From positions 1 through 64,000 of IMG/VR virus record IMGVR_UViG_3300035126_000842: a stretch of 64,000 bases of DNA. One strand, given 5' to 3'. Positions 25,368-35,333 of this stretch are shown here, piece by piece (the stretch's first letter is position 1; every line of letters starts with the position of its first letter). A program made the position numbers and the translations under genes. Origin of the DNA: a virus. The notes under the pieces are model-generated. The model searched no databases and had not been told where the DNA came from. It worked only from the letters and a program-made list of their open reading frames with translations.

Positions 25368-25679
25368 CTACCAGTTTTTTCTTATGGCACTATCTAATTG
25401 TTCACTATTTAGATCCGATAAGATTTGAATCTCTTTTCTACTTCTTATTCTTATTGTTTCTTTAGTCGCGCTATAAGGAATTCCTAATAAACTATCTGAA
25501 TAAAGACGAAGCTTGTGGTTTTCATTTGACAAGCTTTCAATCTTCATACGATATTCATTAGGTTCCATTGTAATAATAGACTTCTCTTTTTTGTTAGAGT
25601 TGTTTATGAACAGAAACAAACACGCAAATCCTATAACTATTAATAGTATAGGAAAGTAAGATTCAGTTTTTATGGACAT
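25368..25679 (-). CDS. membrane-anchored coiled-coil protein (i-spanin-like)
   Basis: N-terminal TM followed by a coiled coil. Confidence 0.55.
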   Translation of the reverse strand: MSIKTESYFPILLIVIGFACLFLFINNSNKKEKSIITMEPNEYRMKIESLSNENHKLRLYSDSLLGIPYSATKETIRIRSRKEIQILSDLNSEQLDSAIRKNW

Positions 25680-25885
25680 GGTGTTTCAGAATCAATTTTT
25701 TTCTTTATGGTATCAGGAGATATGATAAGTCCTATTCCTATTAAGATTATACCGGTGGAATCAATCCAGGTAGCTTTATCGTAAAAAACACTAGCGATAC
25801 CTGCTATTAGTAAAATTAAACCTACAGTAGTTGTTTTATAGGATTTAACTATGTTTCTTTTTATCAAATTTAGGAAATTTATCAT
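25670..25885 (-). CDS. holin-like small membrane protein
   Basis: Two TM helices with charged termini. Confidence 0.55.
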   Translation of the reverse strand: MINFLNLIKRNIVKSYKTTTVGLILLIAGIASVFYDKATWIDSTGIILIGIGLIISPDTIKKKIDSETPCP

Positions 25886-26108
25886 CTCTTATAAACAATG
25901 ATTGTTTGTAAAATGTTACTTTTCTGGGGAAAAGTTGTTGCAACTCTTCAATACTTTTGTCGTTAAAATCAAGCCTCTCTTTTATGGCAGCTCTTTCTTC
26001 CATTAATATGTCAAGTTTTGACTTAATGGTCTGTAAATCCGTCCATATTAGTAAACCCAATATACTAGCCAATATCGGTGTCAAGTAACTTTTAATTTTA
26101 TCTAACAT
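25845..26108 (-). CDS. membrane-anchored coiled-coil protein
   Basis: N-terminal TM, heptad region, basic C-terminus. Confidence 0.55.
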   Translation of the reverse strand: MLDKIKSYLTPILASILGLLIWTDLQTIKSKLDILMEERAAIKERLDFNDKSIEELQQLFPRKVTFYKQSLFIRDDKFPKFDKKKHS

Positions 26109-26172
26109 GTTCTGAATAGCATGTATTAATTTAACAAATTATGAGGGAAAGAAAAATAAATTTATAAAATTT

Positions 26173-26760
26173 ATGACAGTGCGACCATTTTTTAATTATT
26201 GTAAAAAACACAAATACACACCAAACGAGATTCTTATGTTGTTTTGTGTTAAAATGGGTATAAAATGTCCGATACCTTATGTCAACGAAGACTATGAAAT
26301 TAGGAAACTAATTACAGATGGTCTATTAGAAATTGACGGTAGGGTACTTACACCTAAAGGACAAAAAGTTTTTGATGAAGTGAATAAGAAAGTAGAAGAA
26401 AAACCTGCGTTACCAACTGTGGATGAACAATTTGCTAAAGAATACTTAGAATGTTTTCCTAAGATGGTGTTACCTAGTAACAAACCCGCTAGAGTATCTT
26501 CTAAACTTATTATTAAAAACCTTAACTGGTTCATTAACACCTATCCTCAATACGATAAGGATATTATTCTTACTGCTACTAAGTACTATATACGAAAGTT
26601 CAAAGAACAAGACTACAAGTACATGCGTAATTCTCAGTATTTTATATCTAAAGAGGCAACCAACAAAATGATTTCTTCTACTCTTGCAGAATTCTGCCAA
26701 CTTATAATAGATGGTGTAGAAGAAGACGAACCAAAAGATTTTGAAACAAAAGTACTATGA
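26173..26760 (+). CDS. putative replication initiator / helicase loader-like protein
   Basis: wHTH-like N-terminus; coupled directly to DnaB; acidic tail. Confidence 0.5.
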   Translation: MTVRPFFNYCKKHKYTPNEILMLFCVKMGIKCPIPYVNEDYEIRKLITDGLLEIDGRVLTPKGQKVFDEVNKKVEEKPALPTVDEQFAKEYLECFPKMVLPSNKPARVSSKLIIKNLNWFINTYPQYDKDIILTATKYYIRKFKEQDYKYMRNSQYFISKEATNKMISSTLAEFCQLIIDGVEEDEPKDFETKVL

Positions 26761-27707
26761 GATGGAAATCACAAAGTGATGCGTTTATTAGTGCACTAGA
26801 CTATATGTCTAAACGTGCTAGAGGAGAAGTACTTAGTCTCAGAACACCTTGGTCTCCAATGAATAAAGTAGGTATTGACGGCTTTGAGTTTCCTACAACT
26901 GTAGTTATTGCAGGTCGTCCTGGTAGTGGTAAATCATTAGTAGAACAGATACTTGTTAAACATGCTTTTAGTAATAACAATCTACCCGGTCTTAGAAGTC
27001 TTAGATTTCAGTACGAGATGGTGGGTAGAGTTAGTGCTATTCGCGAGTTTTCATCTGCTATTAGTAAAAGTTATTCTTATATATGTTCTGCAGAGGACAA
27101 TGTTATATCTAAAGAAGAATTTGATGCTTGTGCTAGATATGCGCAATCTATGAAAAGTCTTCCTATTGATATAGTAGATGAACCTTTGACAGTACCTCAG
27201 ATGGCTGCTGAGATAAAAGAATACTTCAAAACTTACAACTGCCCATATCTATTGGTTACTATCGATCACAGTTTACTAGTTAAGAAACTTCCAGGTCAAG
27301 ACATTCAAGAAATGATTTTTGATTTAGGCTCTATGATGACAAATATGAAGAAAATTTATCCAATAATTTTCGTAGTTTTGAGTCAGCTTAACAGAGGTGT
27401 AGACACAGTAGACAGATCTAAAGAGGGCACTGCAGGTAATTATTTATTAGACAGTGATGTATTTGGTTCTGACTTTTTGCTACAATTTACTGATATTCTT
27501 ATTGGTTTAAATAGACCTGGTATTAAAAATATCAGGTTATATGGTCCCGAAAAGTATCAGATAATAGACAAAAACATTATTGTTATGCATTACCTTAAAG
27601 TTCGTAACGGTGAACCAGCTATGTCATTTTACAGAGGTGAATTTGACAAGATGAATATAGTATCTATCGCACCTCCTTCAAAACAAGCAATTTCTTTTAA
27701 ACCATGA
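26757..27707 (+). CDS. dnaB: DnaB-like (SF4) replicative helicase
   Basis: IAGRPGSGKS Walker A, TIDH, VLSQLNR, LKVRNG. Confidence 0.85.
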   Translation: MRWKSQSDAFISALDYMSKRARGEVLSLRTPWSPMNKVGIDGFEFPTTVVIAGRPGSGKSLVEQILVKHAFSNNNLPGLRSLRFQYEMVGRVSAIREFSSAISKSYSYICSAEDNVISKEEFDACARYAQSMKSLPIDIVDEPLTVPQMAAEIKEYFKTYNCPYLLVTIDHSLLVKKLPGQDIQEMIFDLGSMMTNMKKIYPIIFVVLSQLNRGVDTVDRSKEGTAGNYLLDSDVFGSDFLLQFTDILIGLNRPGIKNIRLYGPEKYQIIDKNIIVMHYLKVRNGEPAMSFYRGEFDKMNIVSIAPPSKQAISFKP

Positions 27708-28213
27708 GCAAATGGAATGAAAAAACAGATGAATTACGTAGGTACCATGCAGATATACTTTCTGAGTATCCAAATGCGTACTTCGTAATGAAAACTGCTA
27801 TTCGATTTAAGAATCAGCAGTGTGTTATATTCTTTAAGAGCGAACTTTCTAAGGGTGATGTATTCTTAGAAATAGTAGATTCTTCATTGAACCCAGGTAT
27901 TGACCGTACACTTTATCGTTATGCTTTCAATGAATTTTGGGAGTCTGAATATGAAATAGTAGAAGGTTATGCCGACAAGTTTTATGTTCCTGTAGAGGAA
28001 TTACATGTAATACCTAAAAGAGAAGTTTTTGTAGAAAAACCAAAATCTACTAAAATTTCTTTACCTGGAGCTAATGCCAATTACGAACTTAAGTTAGAAT
28101 CTTTTTTAGATAGAAGCGCGTCTGTCTTAACAGTAAGAGATCTTATTGCTATTATACACAGACGACCTGTAAGTAATAACCAAGAACTAAATGAATTTAT
28201 TAAGCAAGTATGA
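27704..28213 (+). CDS. hypothetical protein
   Basis: 169-aa coupled ORF in the replication module. Confidence 0.7.
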   Translation: MSKWNEKTDELRRYHADILSEYPNAYFVMKTAIRFKNQQCVIFFKSELSKGDVFLEIVDSSLNPGIDRTLYRYAFNEFWESEYEIVEGYADKFYVPVEELHVIPKREVFVEKPKSTKISLPGANANYELKLESFLDRSASVLTVRDLIAIIHRRPVSNNQELNEFIKQV

Positions 28214-28992
28214 GTATATTACCATTAGAAGTCGTAGGTCCAGAAACACTATCGCCAAAAAATTTAATTATTTTTAGCAAACCAAAAGTAGGTAAGACAG
28301 AACTAGTTAGTAAACTAGATAAATGTCTTATTTTAGATTTTGAGAAAGGTTCTTCTTTTATTTCAGGTTATAAGATTCAGATTGAATCTGTTGATCACTT
28401 GAAGAAAGTAGGAGCTGAAATTAAAAAGTATCGTGAAGATAACGGTAAGTATCCTTACAATTATGTAGCGATAGATACAACAACCTCTTTAGAAGAAATG
28501 GGATCTGTTTACGGTGAGCAACTGTATTCTAAAACAATCCCCGGTAAAAACTGGTTTAAAAAAGGACCAGACGGTAAATTAGCGGAAGATGCGGGTAAAA
28601 GAAAGTATGGTAGTCTTACGGGTATGCCCGAAGGTGCAGGTTATTTTTGGATAAGAGAAGGTACAATGCAGTTGATCAATTTTATTCAAACATTTGCTCC
28701 TCGTATTATTCTTTTAGCTCACATCAAAGAGATTTATCTAGAGAAAGACGGTACAACTTTTACTGCAAGTGACATTGATCTTGGCGGTAAACTTAAAAGA
28801 ATTGTTACCTCTAACTCAGATGCAATCGGTTACATGTACAGAAAAGGCGACAAAAACATTCTTAGTTTCAAAACTAAAGAAGATGTTGCATGTGGTGCAA
28901 GACCTTCGCACCTCAGAAATAAAGAATTAGTTATTTCAGAATACACAGAAGAAGGATTAAAAACAAATTGGAACGAAATTTACATTGATTAA
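28210..28992 (+). CDS. AAA_24 / Sak4-like ATPase (ssDNA annealing)
   Basis: FSKPKVGKT, LILDFEKG, VAIDTTT, ILLAH, SDAIGYM. Confidence 0.8.
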   Translation: MSILPLEVVGPETLSPKNLIIFSKPKVGKTELVSKLDKCLILDFEKGSSFISGYKIQIESVDHLKKVGAEIKKYREDNGKYPYNYVAIDTTTSLEEMGSVYGEQLYSKTIPGKNWFKKGPDGKLAEDAGKRKYGSLTGMPEGAGYFWIREGTMQLINFIQTFAPRIILLAHIKEIYLEKDGTTFTASDIDLGGKLKRIVTSNSDAIGYMYRKGDKNILSFKTKEDVACGARPSHLRNKELVISEYTEEGLKTNWNEIYID

Positions 28993-28997
28993 TTATT

Positions 28998-29714
28998 ATG
29001 GGAATTAAATTAAATTACAGCGAAAATGTACCTAAGAACTTATCTCCAGGTACTCAGGAGGCACGTATCATTCGTGTTGCTTTGGAATCACCTGCTTATG
29101 ATGCAAGTGCTTCATTTGTTATTCTTGAACTTGAAGGTCCTGACATGGGTCCTGAGTTTGAAGGTTTCTTGGTTGACAAGAACGACGTTGAGGGACCTCG
29201 TTACAAAGGTCAGGTAGGTAGAGTTAAGAGCTCTCGTTATGCTTACTCTGATGGTACAACTAAAACAGGTCGTCCTGTCTACAAAGACCAAGGTATTGCT
29301 CGTTTTGTTTCATCTCTTTGTTTTGAATTAGGCGCAGAAGCGGTAGAGTGGTTGAATTCAGCTAACGAAAAGTTTGATAGTATTGAAGAATTGGTTGAAG
29401 ATTTTAACAACATGCTTCAAACTACCGGTATTACTTCTCGCTACTACAACTTCACTATTGGCGCTAAAGAGTATATCAAAGACGGATATGTTCGTAATGA
29501 TATGTTCTTCCCTAAATATGAGAAAGGTAAAACTTTTGTAGAAAGAAAAGACGCATCTCCGTCTAAGCTAATTCAATTTGACTCTAATCTTCATGTGATT
29601 AAAGCAGAAGTAAAACCTGCTGAGGATTTTGAATCAGCATCTGGAGTAACTTCTGATACTGCAGAAGATTTTAATATGGATTCGGGTTCTTCTCTTTCAG
29701 ACCCATTGTTTTAA
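28998..29714 (+). CDS. putative single-stranded DNA-binding protein
   Basis: Follows the Sak4-like gene; acidic C-terminal tail ending DPLF. Confidence 0.6.
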   Translation: MGIKLNYSENVPKNLSPGTQEARIIRVALESPAYDASASFVILELEGPDMGPEFEGFLVDKNDVEGPRYKGQVGRVKSSRYAYSDGTTKTGRPVYKDQGIARFVSSLCFELGAEAVEWLNSANEKFDSIEELVEDFNNMLQTTGITSRYYNFTIGAKEYIKDGYVRNDMFFPKYEKGKTFVERKDASPSKLIQFDSNLHVIKAEVKPAEDFESASGVTSDTAEDFNMDSGSSLSDPLF

Positions 29715-29730
29715 TTAAACCTGCTATGAT

Positions 29731-29760
29731 AAAAGAGGGGTTTAATAGCCCCTCTTTTTA
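29731..29760 (+). terminator. intrinsic terminator (possibly bidirectional)
   Basis: AAAAGAGGGG-tttaatag-CCCCTCTTTT. Confidence 0.85.
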
Positions 29761-29768
29761 TTTATACT

Positions 29769-30704
29769 ATGCTCAATCTTTTAAATGTAGCTATAGATAG
29801 TATCCCAGAATCTTGGATATTTGAATATTATTGTAATTTAGAAAAACCTCTTGAAGGACAAAGACAAGTAATTAAATCAATATTTCAGACTTCTGATAGA
29901 AGACCGTCTATGTTTATATACTATCGCTACGGTAGATATATTTACAAAGATTTTGCTTCTGGTAATGGCGGAAGTGCTGTACATCTTGTTAGTAAAATAT
30001 TTAACATTTCAGAGAAGGAAGCTATTAATAAGATAGTCACTGATTTTATGAAGGTAGGAGAATATAAGTATTCTGTTCCTAACGTAGAAGAAACACCATC
30101 TGAAGTTACTAGTTACAAAACAAGACAGTGGTTTGACCACGACAAAAAATACTGGCTTAAATTTAACATAGGTCTTTCAGTACTTAACAGATATTGTGTA
30201 AAACCTATAGCTGAATTTATATTACAAAAAGATACTAAACAATTTAAATTTCAAGGATTAAATACATACGGATATTTCAAAGAAGACGGTACCTTGTGTA
30301 AAATTTATCAACCTTATAATAAAACATGTAAATTTATTTGGGTTAATGATTTCTTTCAAGGTGCAGAACAACTAGAAAATAAAAAACATCTTATTCTTAC
30401 TAAATCAATCAAAGACATAATGTCTCTTTCTACTATAACAAGACAATTTGATTTTCTTGCAGTAGATAGTGAAAACACAATGCTTACCAAAACAAGACTA
30501 TCTGTTATTAAGCATAGTTACAAAAGTAAATATGTGTTATTTGACAATGACGAACCTGGTCAAAGAGCAGCTAAACGATATGTAGAACAAGGTTTTATTA
30601 ACATACCTTGGTCTTTATATAAAGATACTAGCGAAGCTATGGATAAAGCAGGTTATGAAAACACTAAAAAACATTTTGTTGAACTTATAAAATCATTAAT
30701 ATGA
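29769..30704 (+). CDS. dnaG: DNA primase (TOPRIM, degenerate Zn-binding domain)
   Basis: D..PS...YKDFASGNGG N-terminal domain; KSIKD, SE, YVLFDNDEPG, KD. Confidence 0.75.
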   Translation: MLNLLNVAIDSIPESWIFEYYCNLEKPLEGQRQVIKSIFQTSDRRPSMFIYYRYGRYIYKDFASGNGGSAVHLVSKIFNISEKEAINKIVTDFMKVGEYKYSVPNVEETPSEVTSYKTRQWFDHDKKYWLKFNIGLSVLNRYCVKPIAEFILQKDTKQFKFQGLNTYGYFKEDGTLCKIYQPYNKTCKFIWVNDFFQGAEQLENKKHLILTKSIKDIMSLSTITRQFDFLAVDSENTMLTKTRLSVIKHSYKSKYVLFDNDEPGQRAAKRYVEQGFINIPWSLYKDTSEAMDKAGYENTKKHFVELIKSLI

Positions 30705-31192
30705 CAAAAACTTATATCGGTATAGATATAGGCAAGAAAGGAGCAATCGCTGTTATAAAAGAAGACAGTATTGACACTTTTAAGATGCCTATAATAAAAG
30801 ATCAAGTGGACACTGGTTCGCTTTTTTCAATTTTGACAAGTTACTCGCACACTCATATTATATTTGAGAAATTAGGTGTAATATATGGTAGTTCTAAACA
30901 AACTGCTTTTTCAATGGGGTATCAAATGGGATTAGTGGAAGCATTTTGTGTTGCTATGAACATACCTTATACAGCTGTAAGAGCTGTTGATTGGCAAAAA
31001 GAAATGTTTAAACACACTACTGTTATAAATAAATCAGGTAAAACTTCTAAAGATACAAAAGCAATGGCTCTTGTTACTATTAAAAGACTTTTTCCTACTC
31101 TTTCTCTTACTTATGATAAAGCTACTAAACCACATGATGGATTAATAGATGCTGTTTTAATAGCAGAGTACGCACGTAAAAATAATCTGTAA
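30701..31192 (+). CDS. RuvC-like Holliday junction resolvase
   Basis: YIGIDIG..GAIA, IIFE, HDGLIDAVLIA. Confidence 0.85.
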   Translation: MTKTYIGIDIGKKGAIAVIKEDSIDTFKMPIIKDQVDTGSLFSILTSYSHTHIIFEKLGVIYGSSKQTAFSMGYQMGLVEAFCVAMNIPYTAVRAVDWQKEMFKHTTVINKSGKTSKDTKAMALVTIKRLFPTLSLTYDKATKPHDGLIDAVLIAEYARKNNL

Positions 31193-31193
31193 C

Positions 31194-32366
31194 ATGGATG
31201 CTTCTAAAATATTTAAGGACATCATTATAGAAAGTCCCTTTTATGGTATTTTTCTATCTATGATTAACAAGAGCTGGGATAGTGTAGATACTGTTCGAGT
31301 TGTTAAAAAAGGTATAAATTATGAGCTTTCAATGAGTGAGAAATACTTTAATAGTATTACGCTGAACAATGCAAAAGCTCATATTTTACACGAAGTAATT
31401 CATATTGCTTTACTACATCCCTTAAGAATTAAGGATTATTCTAACAAAAAGCTAGCACATTTAGCAATGGATATTGTAGTAAATCAGTATGTTAACGAGA
31501 ATTACTGGCTAAATTGTCCTACAAAATTTATGACTTTAGCAAAACTTAATGAAATACTTGCTAGTATTAATTATGAGTTGGCAGAAGAGCATAAAAGTAT
31601 TGATTATTACTTAGAAAAACTTAATAGTTTACCTACAGGTGATAGCGATCAGTTTGCAGTTGGTGAATTTGAAGAAATTAGCACTACACCAGAATGGAAT
31701 GATTTTTATTCTATGAGTGATGTAGATGATAAACTACTTCAAAAAGTTACAGAAGGTATGCTTACTAATGCAAGAGACGCTGTTAGTAAAAGTAGAGGTA
31801 GAGTTCCTGGAGAATTAGGTAGTATTTTTGAACTTATTGACAAAGAAGAACCACCTAAGTTTAACTGGAAAGCATATCTAAGAAATTTTGTTGGTTATTG
31901 TATGTCTGCAGATGTAAAAACTACTCGCACTAAAGAAAATGTGAGATATCCTGAAGCTGCAGGTAAGAAAATTAAACAAATGGCTCATATTCTAGTAGCT
32001 ATAGATACTTCTCAATCTGTTAATGATACTCTTTTAGAAGTGTTTCTTGCAGAACTTAAGCACATTAATCAATGTGGTACTGAAGTAGATATTATGCAGT
32101 GTGACGCTAAAGGTTATCCTGTAAGACCTATTAAAGAATATGTACTTGATAATCTTGTTAGAATAGAAGGTAGAGGAGGTACTGATTTTAATCCTCCTGT
32201 AAACTATTACGCAGAAAATCAACCTAAATATCAAGCTCTTATTTATTTTACCGATGGTGAATGTAGTCCTCCTGACCTTTCACCAAATAATATACTCTGG
32301 TTAATACCAGACTCTCACTCTTTAAACGATTTATTACCAGGAACTGTAAAACAAATTTCATTATGA
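31194..32366 (+). CDS. metallopeptidase-vWA domain protein (DUF2201-like)
   Basis: HEVIH (HExxH), A.DI.VNQY, AIDTSQS MIDAS, GRGGTDF, YFTDGE. Confidence 0.85.
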   Translation: MDASKIFKDIIIESPFYGIFLSMINKSWDSVDTVRVVKKGINYELSMSEKYFNSITLNNAKAHILHEVIHIALLHPLRIKDYSNKKLAHLAMDIVVNQYVNENYWLNCPTKFMTLAKLNEILASINYELAEEHKSIDYYLEKLNSLPTGDSDQFAVGEFEEISTTPEWNDFYSMSDVDDKLLQKVTEGMLTNARDAVSKSRGRVPGELGSIFELIDKEEPPKFNWKAYLRNFVGYCMSADVKTTRTKENVRYPEAAGKKIKQMAHILVAIDTSQSVNDTLLEVFLAELKHINQCGTEVDIMQCDAKGYPVRPIKEYVLDNLVRIEGRGGTDFNPPVNYYAENQPKYQALIYFTDGECSPPDLSPNNILWLIPDSHSLNDLLPGTVKQISL

Positions 32367-33565
32367 GAAAAGCAATTGACAAAACAGTAAAGATGAACAT
32401 TACAGAAGTAAAGCAACTTCTAGAGTACATTATTGAAAACAATCTTAAATTACAAGAAATTGGTATAGACCCTATTTCTCTTAACATATCAGGTCCTTCC
32501 GGTATAGGAAAGACATCATTAATTAAACAAACTTGTGATAAACTAGGTATTCATTCTGTAAAGAAGAATCTTGCTCAGATTGACGACTTAGGTGAGATTA
32601 CTGGTTTTCCTATTAAAGAGTACGAAGTAACTAAAACCGAAGGTGATAAAACAAAAGTTCGCTGGGTACCAGAAGCTGTATTGACAACTGCTACTGATAA
32701 AGGTTGGACTGCTACTACTAAAACTAGAATGGGTTATGCTAAACCAGAATGGTTAGTTTCTAATGAAAAGATGGTCCTTATTCTTGACGACTTTAATCGT
32801 TGTCAGCCTCGTTTTATGCAAGCTATTATGGAAATTGTAGACAATCAAAGTTATTTCTCTTGGAAATTGCCTAAAGGTTCTACTATCGTTCTTAGTTCTA
32901 ATCCTGACAACGGTGATTACAATGTTACTACCGAGGATACAGCACAAACTTCACGCTACTTTAGAGTTGATTGTAAGTTTGATGCTTATATCTGGGCTAA
33001 GTATGCAGAATCTATAGGTATTGATGAGCGTTGTATTAACTTCGTTTTGTTACATCCTGAGATGATCAATGATAATTGCAATGCTCGTATTGTAACTAAG
33101 TTCTTTAATTCTATTAGATTTATTAAAGACTTTTCAGATCCTTCATCTCTACTATTGATTCAATCTTTAGGTGAGATTTCTGTAGGTTCTGTGTTTGTAA
33201 CTACCTTCACTCAGTTTATTCACGATAAACTTGATAAGATGGTTACTCCTAAATACATCTTAGAAACTCAAGACTTTAATCTTGTTCAGTACAAAATTAA
33301 AGAGCTCGTAGGACAAGGTTCTAATACTAGACTTGACATTGCTGCTGTTCTTGCACACCGTCTTATAAATTATACTCTTGTATTATTTGATAAGAAAGAA
33401 TTCAAACCTGAGTTTTCTTTGAGAATAGGTGATATTATTGAACAAGATGAGTTACTACCCGCAGACTTGGTTTATCTTATTGCAAGAGAACTAGTAGGTG
33501 CTAATCGTAACCGTTTCTTGAATATTCTTACTAAACCTGCAGTTGCACAAAAAATTCTAATCTAA
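32363..33565 (+). CDS. MoxR-like AAA+ ATPase
   Basis: GPSGIGKT, LILDDFNR, LSSNP; adjacent to a vWA gene. Confidence 0.85.
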   Translation: MRKAIDKTVKMNITEVKQLLEYIIENNLKLQEIGIDPISLNISGPSGIGKTSLIKQTCDKLGIHSVKKNLAQIDDLGEITGFPIKEYEVTKTEGDKTKVRWVPEAVLTTATDKGWTATTKTRMGYAKPEWLVSNEKMVLILDDFNRCQPRFMQAIMEIVDNQSYFSWKLPKGSTIVLSSNPDNGDYNVTTEDTAQTSRYFRVDCKFDAYIWAKYAESIGIDERCINFVLLHPEMINDNCNARIVTKFFNSIRFIKDFSDPSSLLLIQSLGEISVGSVFVTTFTQFIHDKLDKMVTPKYILETQDFNLVQYKIKELVGQGSNTRLDIAAVLAHRLINYTLVLFDKKEFKPEFSLRIGDIIEQDELLPADLVYLIARELVGANRNRFLNILTKPAVAQKILI

Positions 33566-34419
33566 TGATCACCAAAAGCCTTTATAACAAAAAAGGTGAC
33601 AGTAAAACGGAGGAGTTCTTAGAACTCCTCCAAACTGCACCTCTTCAATATAAATCTATTAATTCTAAATACATAGCTTTTTATATGTATGAAGAAGATT
33701 ATAACAACTATTTTAATGATGACAGAACTCTTACACCTGATGATAAAGTTTTCTTTTATCCATATTTTCAGGGTGATAGTAATGGTTTAAATGTAGAGAA
33801 GAATCCTATAGATACGTATAAAAATAGTAAACATATAATCTTTCCTGTCAGTTTATTCTACACAGGTAAATATAAATCAAAATTTAGTGTTTTAAGTGTT
33901 AAGCACCTCAGTAAAAACATTTATATTTTTTCTAAAAACTGGGAAAAATATTTGCCTTTGATTATAGAGGGTAAGTTAAACCCAATATCTTTTGATAAAT
34001 ATTATCTGAAACCTAGTGTTAGAATTACAGAGGATATGATACCTACTTTAATATCTATGATCTGTAATGGAGGACCTAGTGATTTAGAAATAGTACAAAC
34101 AATTTTACTATCACTTATTACAAAGGATGCTACAAAGGAAGAAAAAATTCTTTTAGATTTATTAGGTACTGCTATATATTATAGAGGAACTAATTTTTTC
34201 AAAACTAGTAAAAATGTATCTAAAGAAGTAAATAATTTTGTAAATAATCATTTACAAAGTTCGTTTTTTGATGTCTATGCTTGTTATGATAAATCTAACA
34301 TGCTACCAAAAGAATTAATAGAAAAGTATATGCAACCTGTATATCAATATAAAATGGCAGAGTTAGCAAAATTATATTTTTCTATACCAATAAAAGTAGA
34401 AGTCACTAAAGTATTTTAA
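33565..34419 (+). CDS. hypothetical protein
   Basis: 284-aa coupled ORF. Confidence 0.7.
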   Translation: MITKSLYNKKGDSKTEEFLELLQTAPLQYKSINSKYIAFYMYEEDYNNYFNDDRTLTPDDKVFFYPYFQGDSNGLNVEKNPIDTYKNSKHIIFPVSLFYTGKYKSKFSVLSVKHLSKNIYIFSKNWEKYLPLIIEGKLNPISFDKYYLKPSVRITEDMIPTLISMICNGGPSDLEIVQTILLSLITKDATKEEKILLDLLGTAIYYRGTNFFKTSKNVSKEVNNFVNNHLQSSFFDVYACYDKSNMLPKELIEKYMQPVYQYKMAELAKLYFSIPIKVEVTKVF

Positions 34420-34421
34420 TT

Positions 34422-35333
34422 ATGGAAGAAGAAGTTTTATACGCAAGTAATGTAAGTTCTACACAAAAAGTTTATGATAAAGTCTATAGAGAAAACGCTT
34501 ATTCTATAAATCATGTAGACCATAAAGATAATATAGATATAAAGCAGGGTTCTAAATTTTATATTTCTAAAGAAACTGTTATTAGTAGGCATAATGTTAG
34601 AATGCTAACAGAAAAGTTTAATAGCAAAATTGTTAGAGATATAGAAAAAGCAGATTTTATACTAGTAGATGATAATGTTCTATATAAGAAAAGAGAATAT
34701 TTATATACAAATCATGATGATAAACTTATATCAAAAAGGTGGTTTAGAGCTTATAAAAATTCAAAATATGGTTTTGTTTATGAGAAAGATATTCTAGATA
34801 TTATCAAATATCCTTCTAAAATAGTTCACATTAATGTTATATCTAGTTTACTGTATGAAAATGTAGATTTGCCTATTATCGATGAAGAACAACATAAAGT
34901 TTTAGATTCGATGCTAAGTAGTACAAATAAAAGTGATGTTGAATTAGCTGTTACTTTAATGTGTAATTGTAATTTAGATAAATCAATTTCTTATATTTAT
35001 GGCTTATTATGTAACTATAAGTGGACAATAAGAAATTACCGTCTTCATACAAGTGTTAAGTTTCAAACATTAATGAGCTATTTAGGTGAAAAAGACATTC
35101 TTGATTTTGCAGAGGATAAGCTTTTCAAGTTATTAATTTCTAAAAACTTATTAACTAAATATCATCTAAATGCAATAATGGAAAATGTTAAACATTCCGT
35201 AAAAGATTTTATTAGTAGTAAATATGGTTCAGAGGATATAGTATTTACATTGTCAATTACAGACGAACTTAAAACACAAGTTTTAAAAAATGAAGTTAAC
35301 CCTGCTCAATTAAATTTATTTGATGGAAAGTAA
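34422..35333 (+). CDS. hypothetical protein
   Basis: 303-aa ORF. Confidence 0.7.
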   Translation: MEEEVLYASNVSSTQKVYDKVYRENAYSINHVDHKDNIDIKQGSKFYISKETVISRHNVRMLTEKFNSKIVRDIEKADFILVDDNVLYKKREYLYTNHDDKLISKRWFRAYKNSKYGFVYEKDILDIIKYPSKIVHINVISSLLYENVDLPIIDEEQHKVLDSMLSSTNKSDVELAVTLMCNCNLDKSISYIYGLLCNYKWTIRNYRLHTSVKFQTLMSYLGEKDILDFAEDKLFKLLISKNLLTKYHLNAIMENVKHSVKDFISSKYGSEDIVFTLSITDELKTQVLKNEVNPAQLNLFDGK

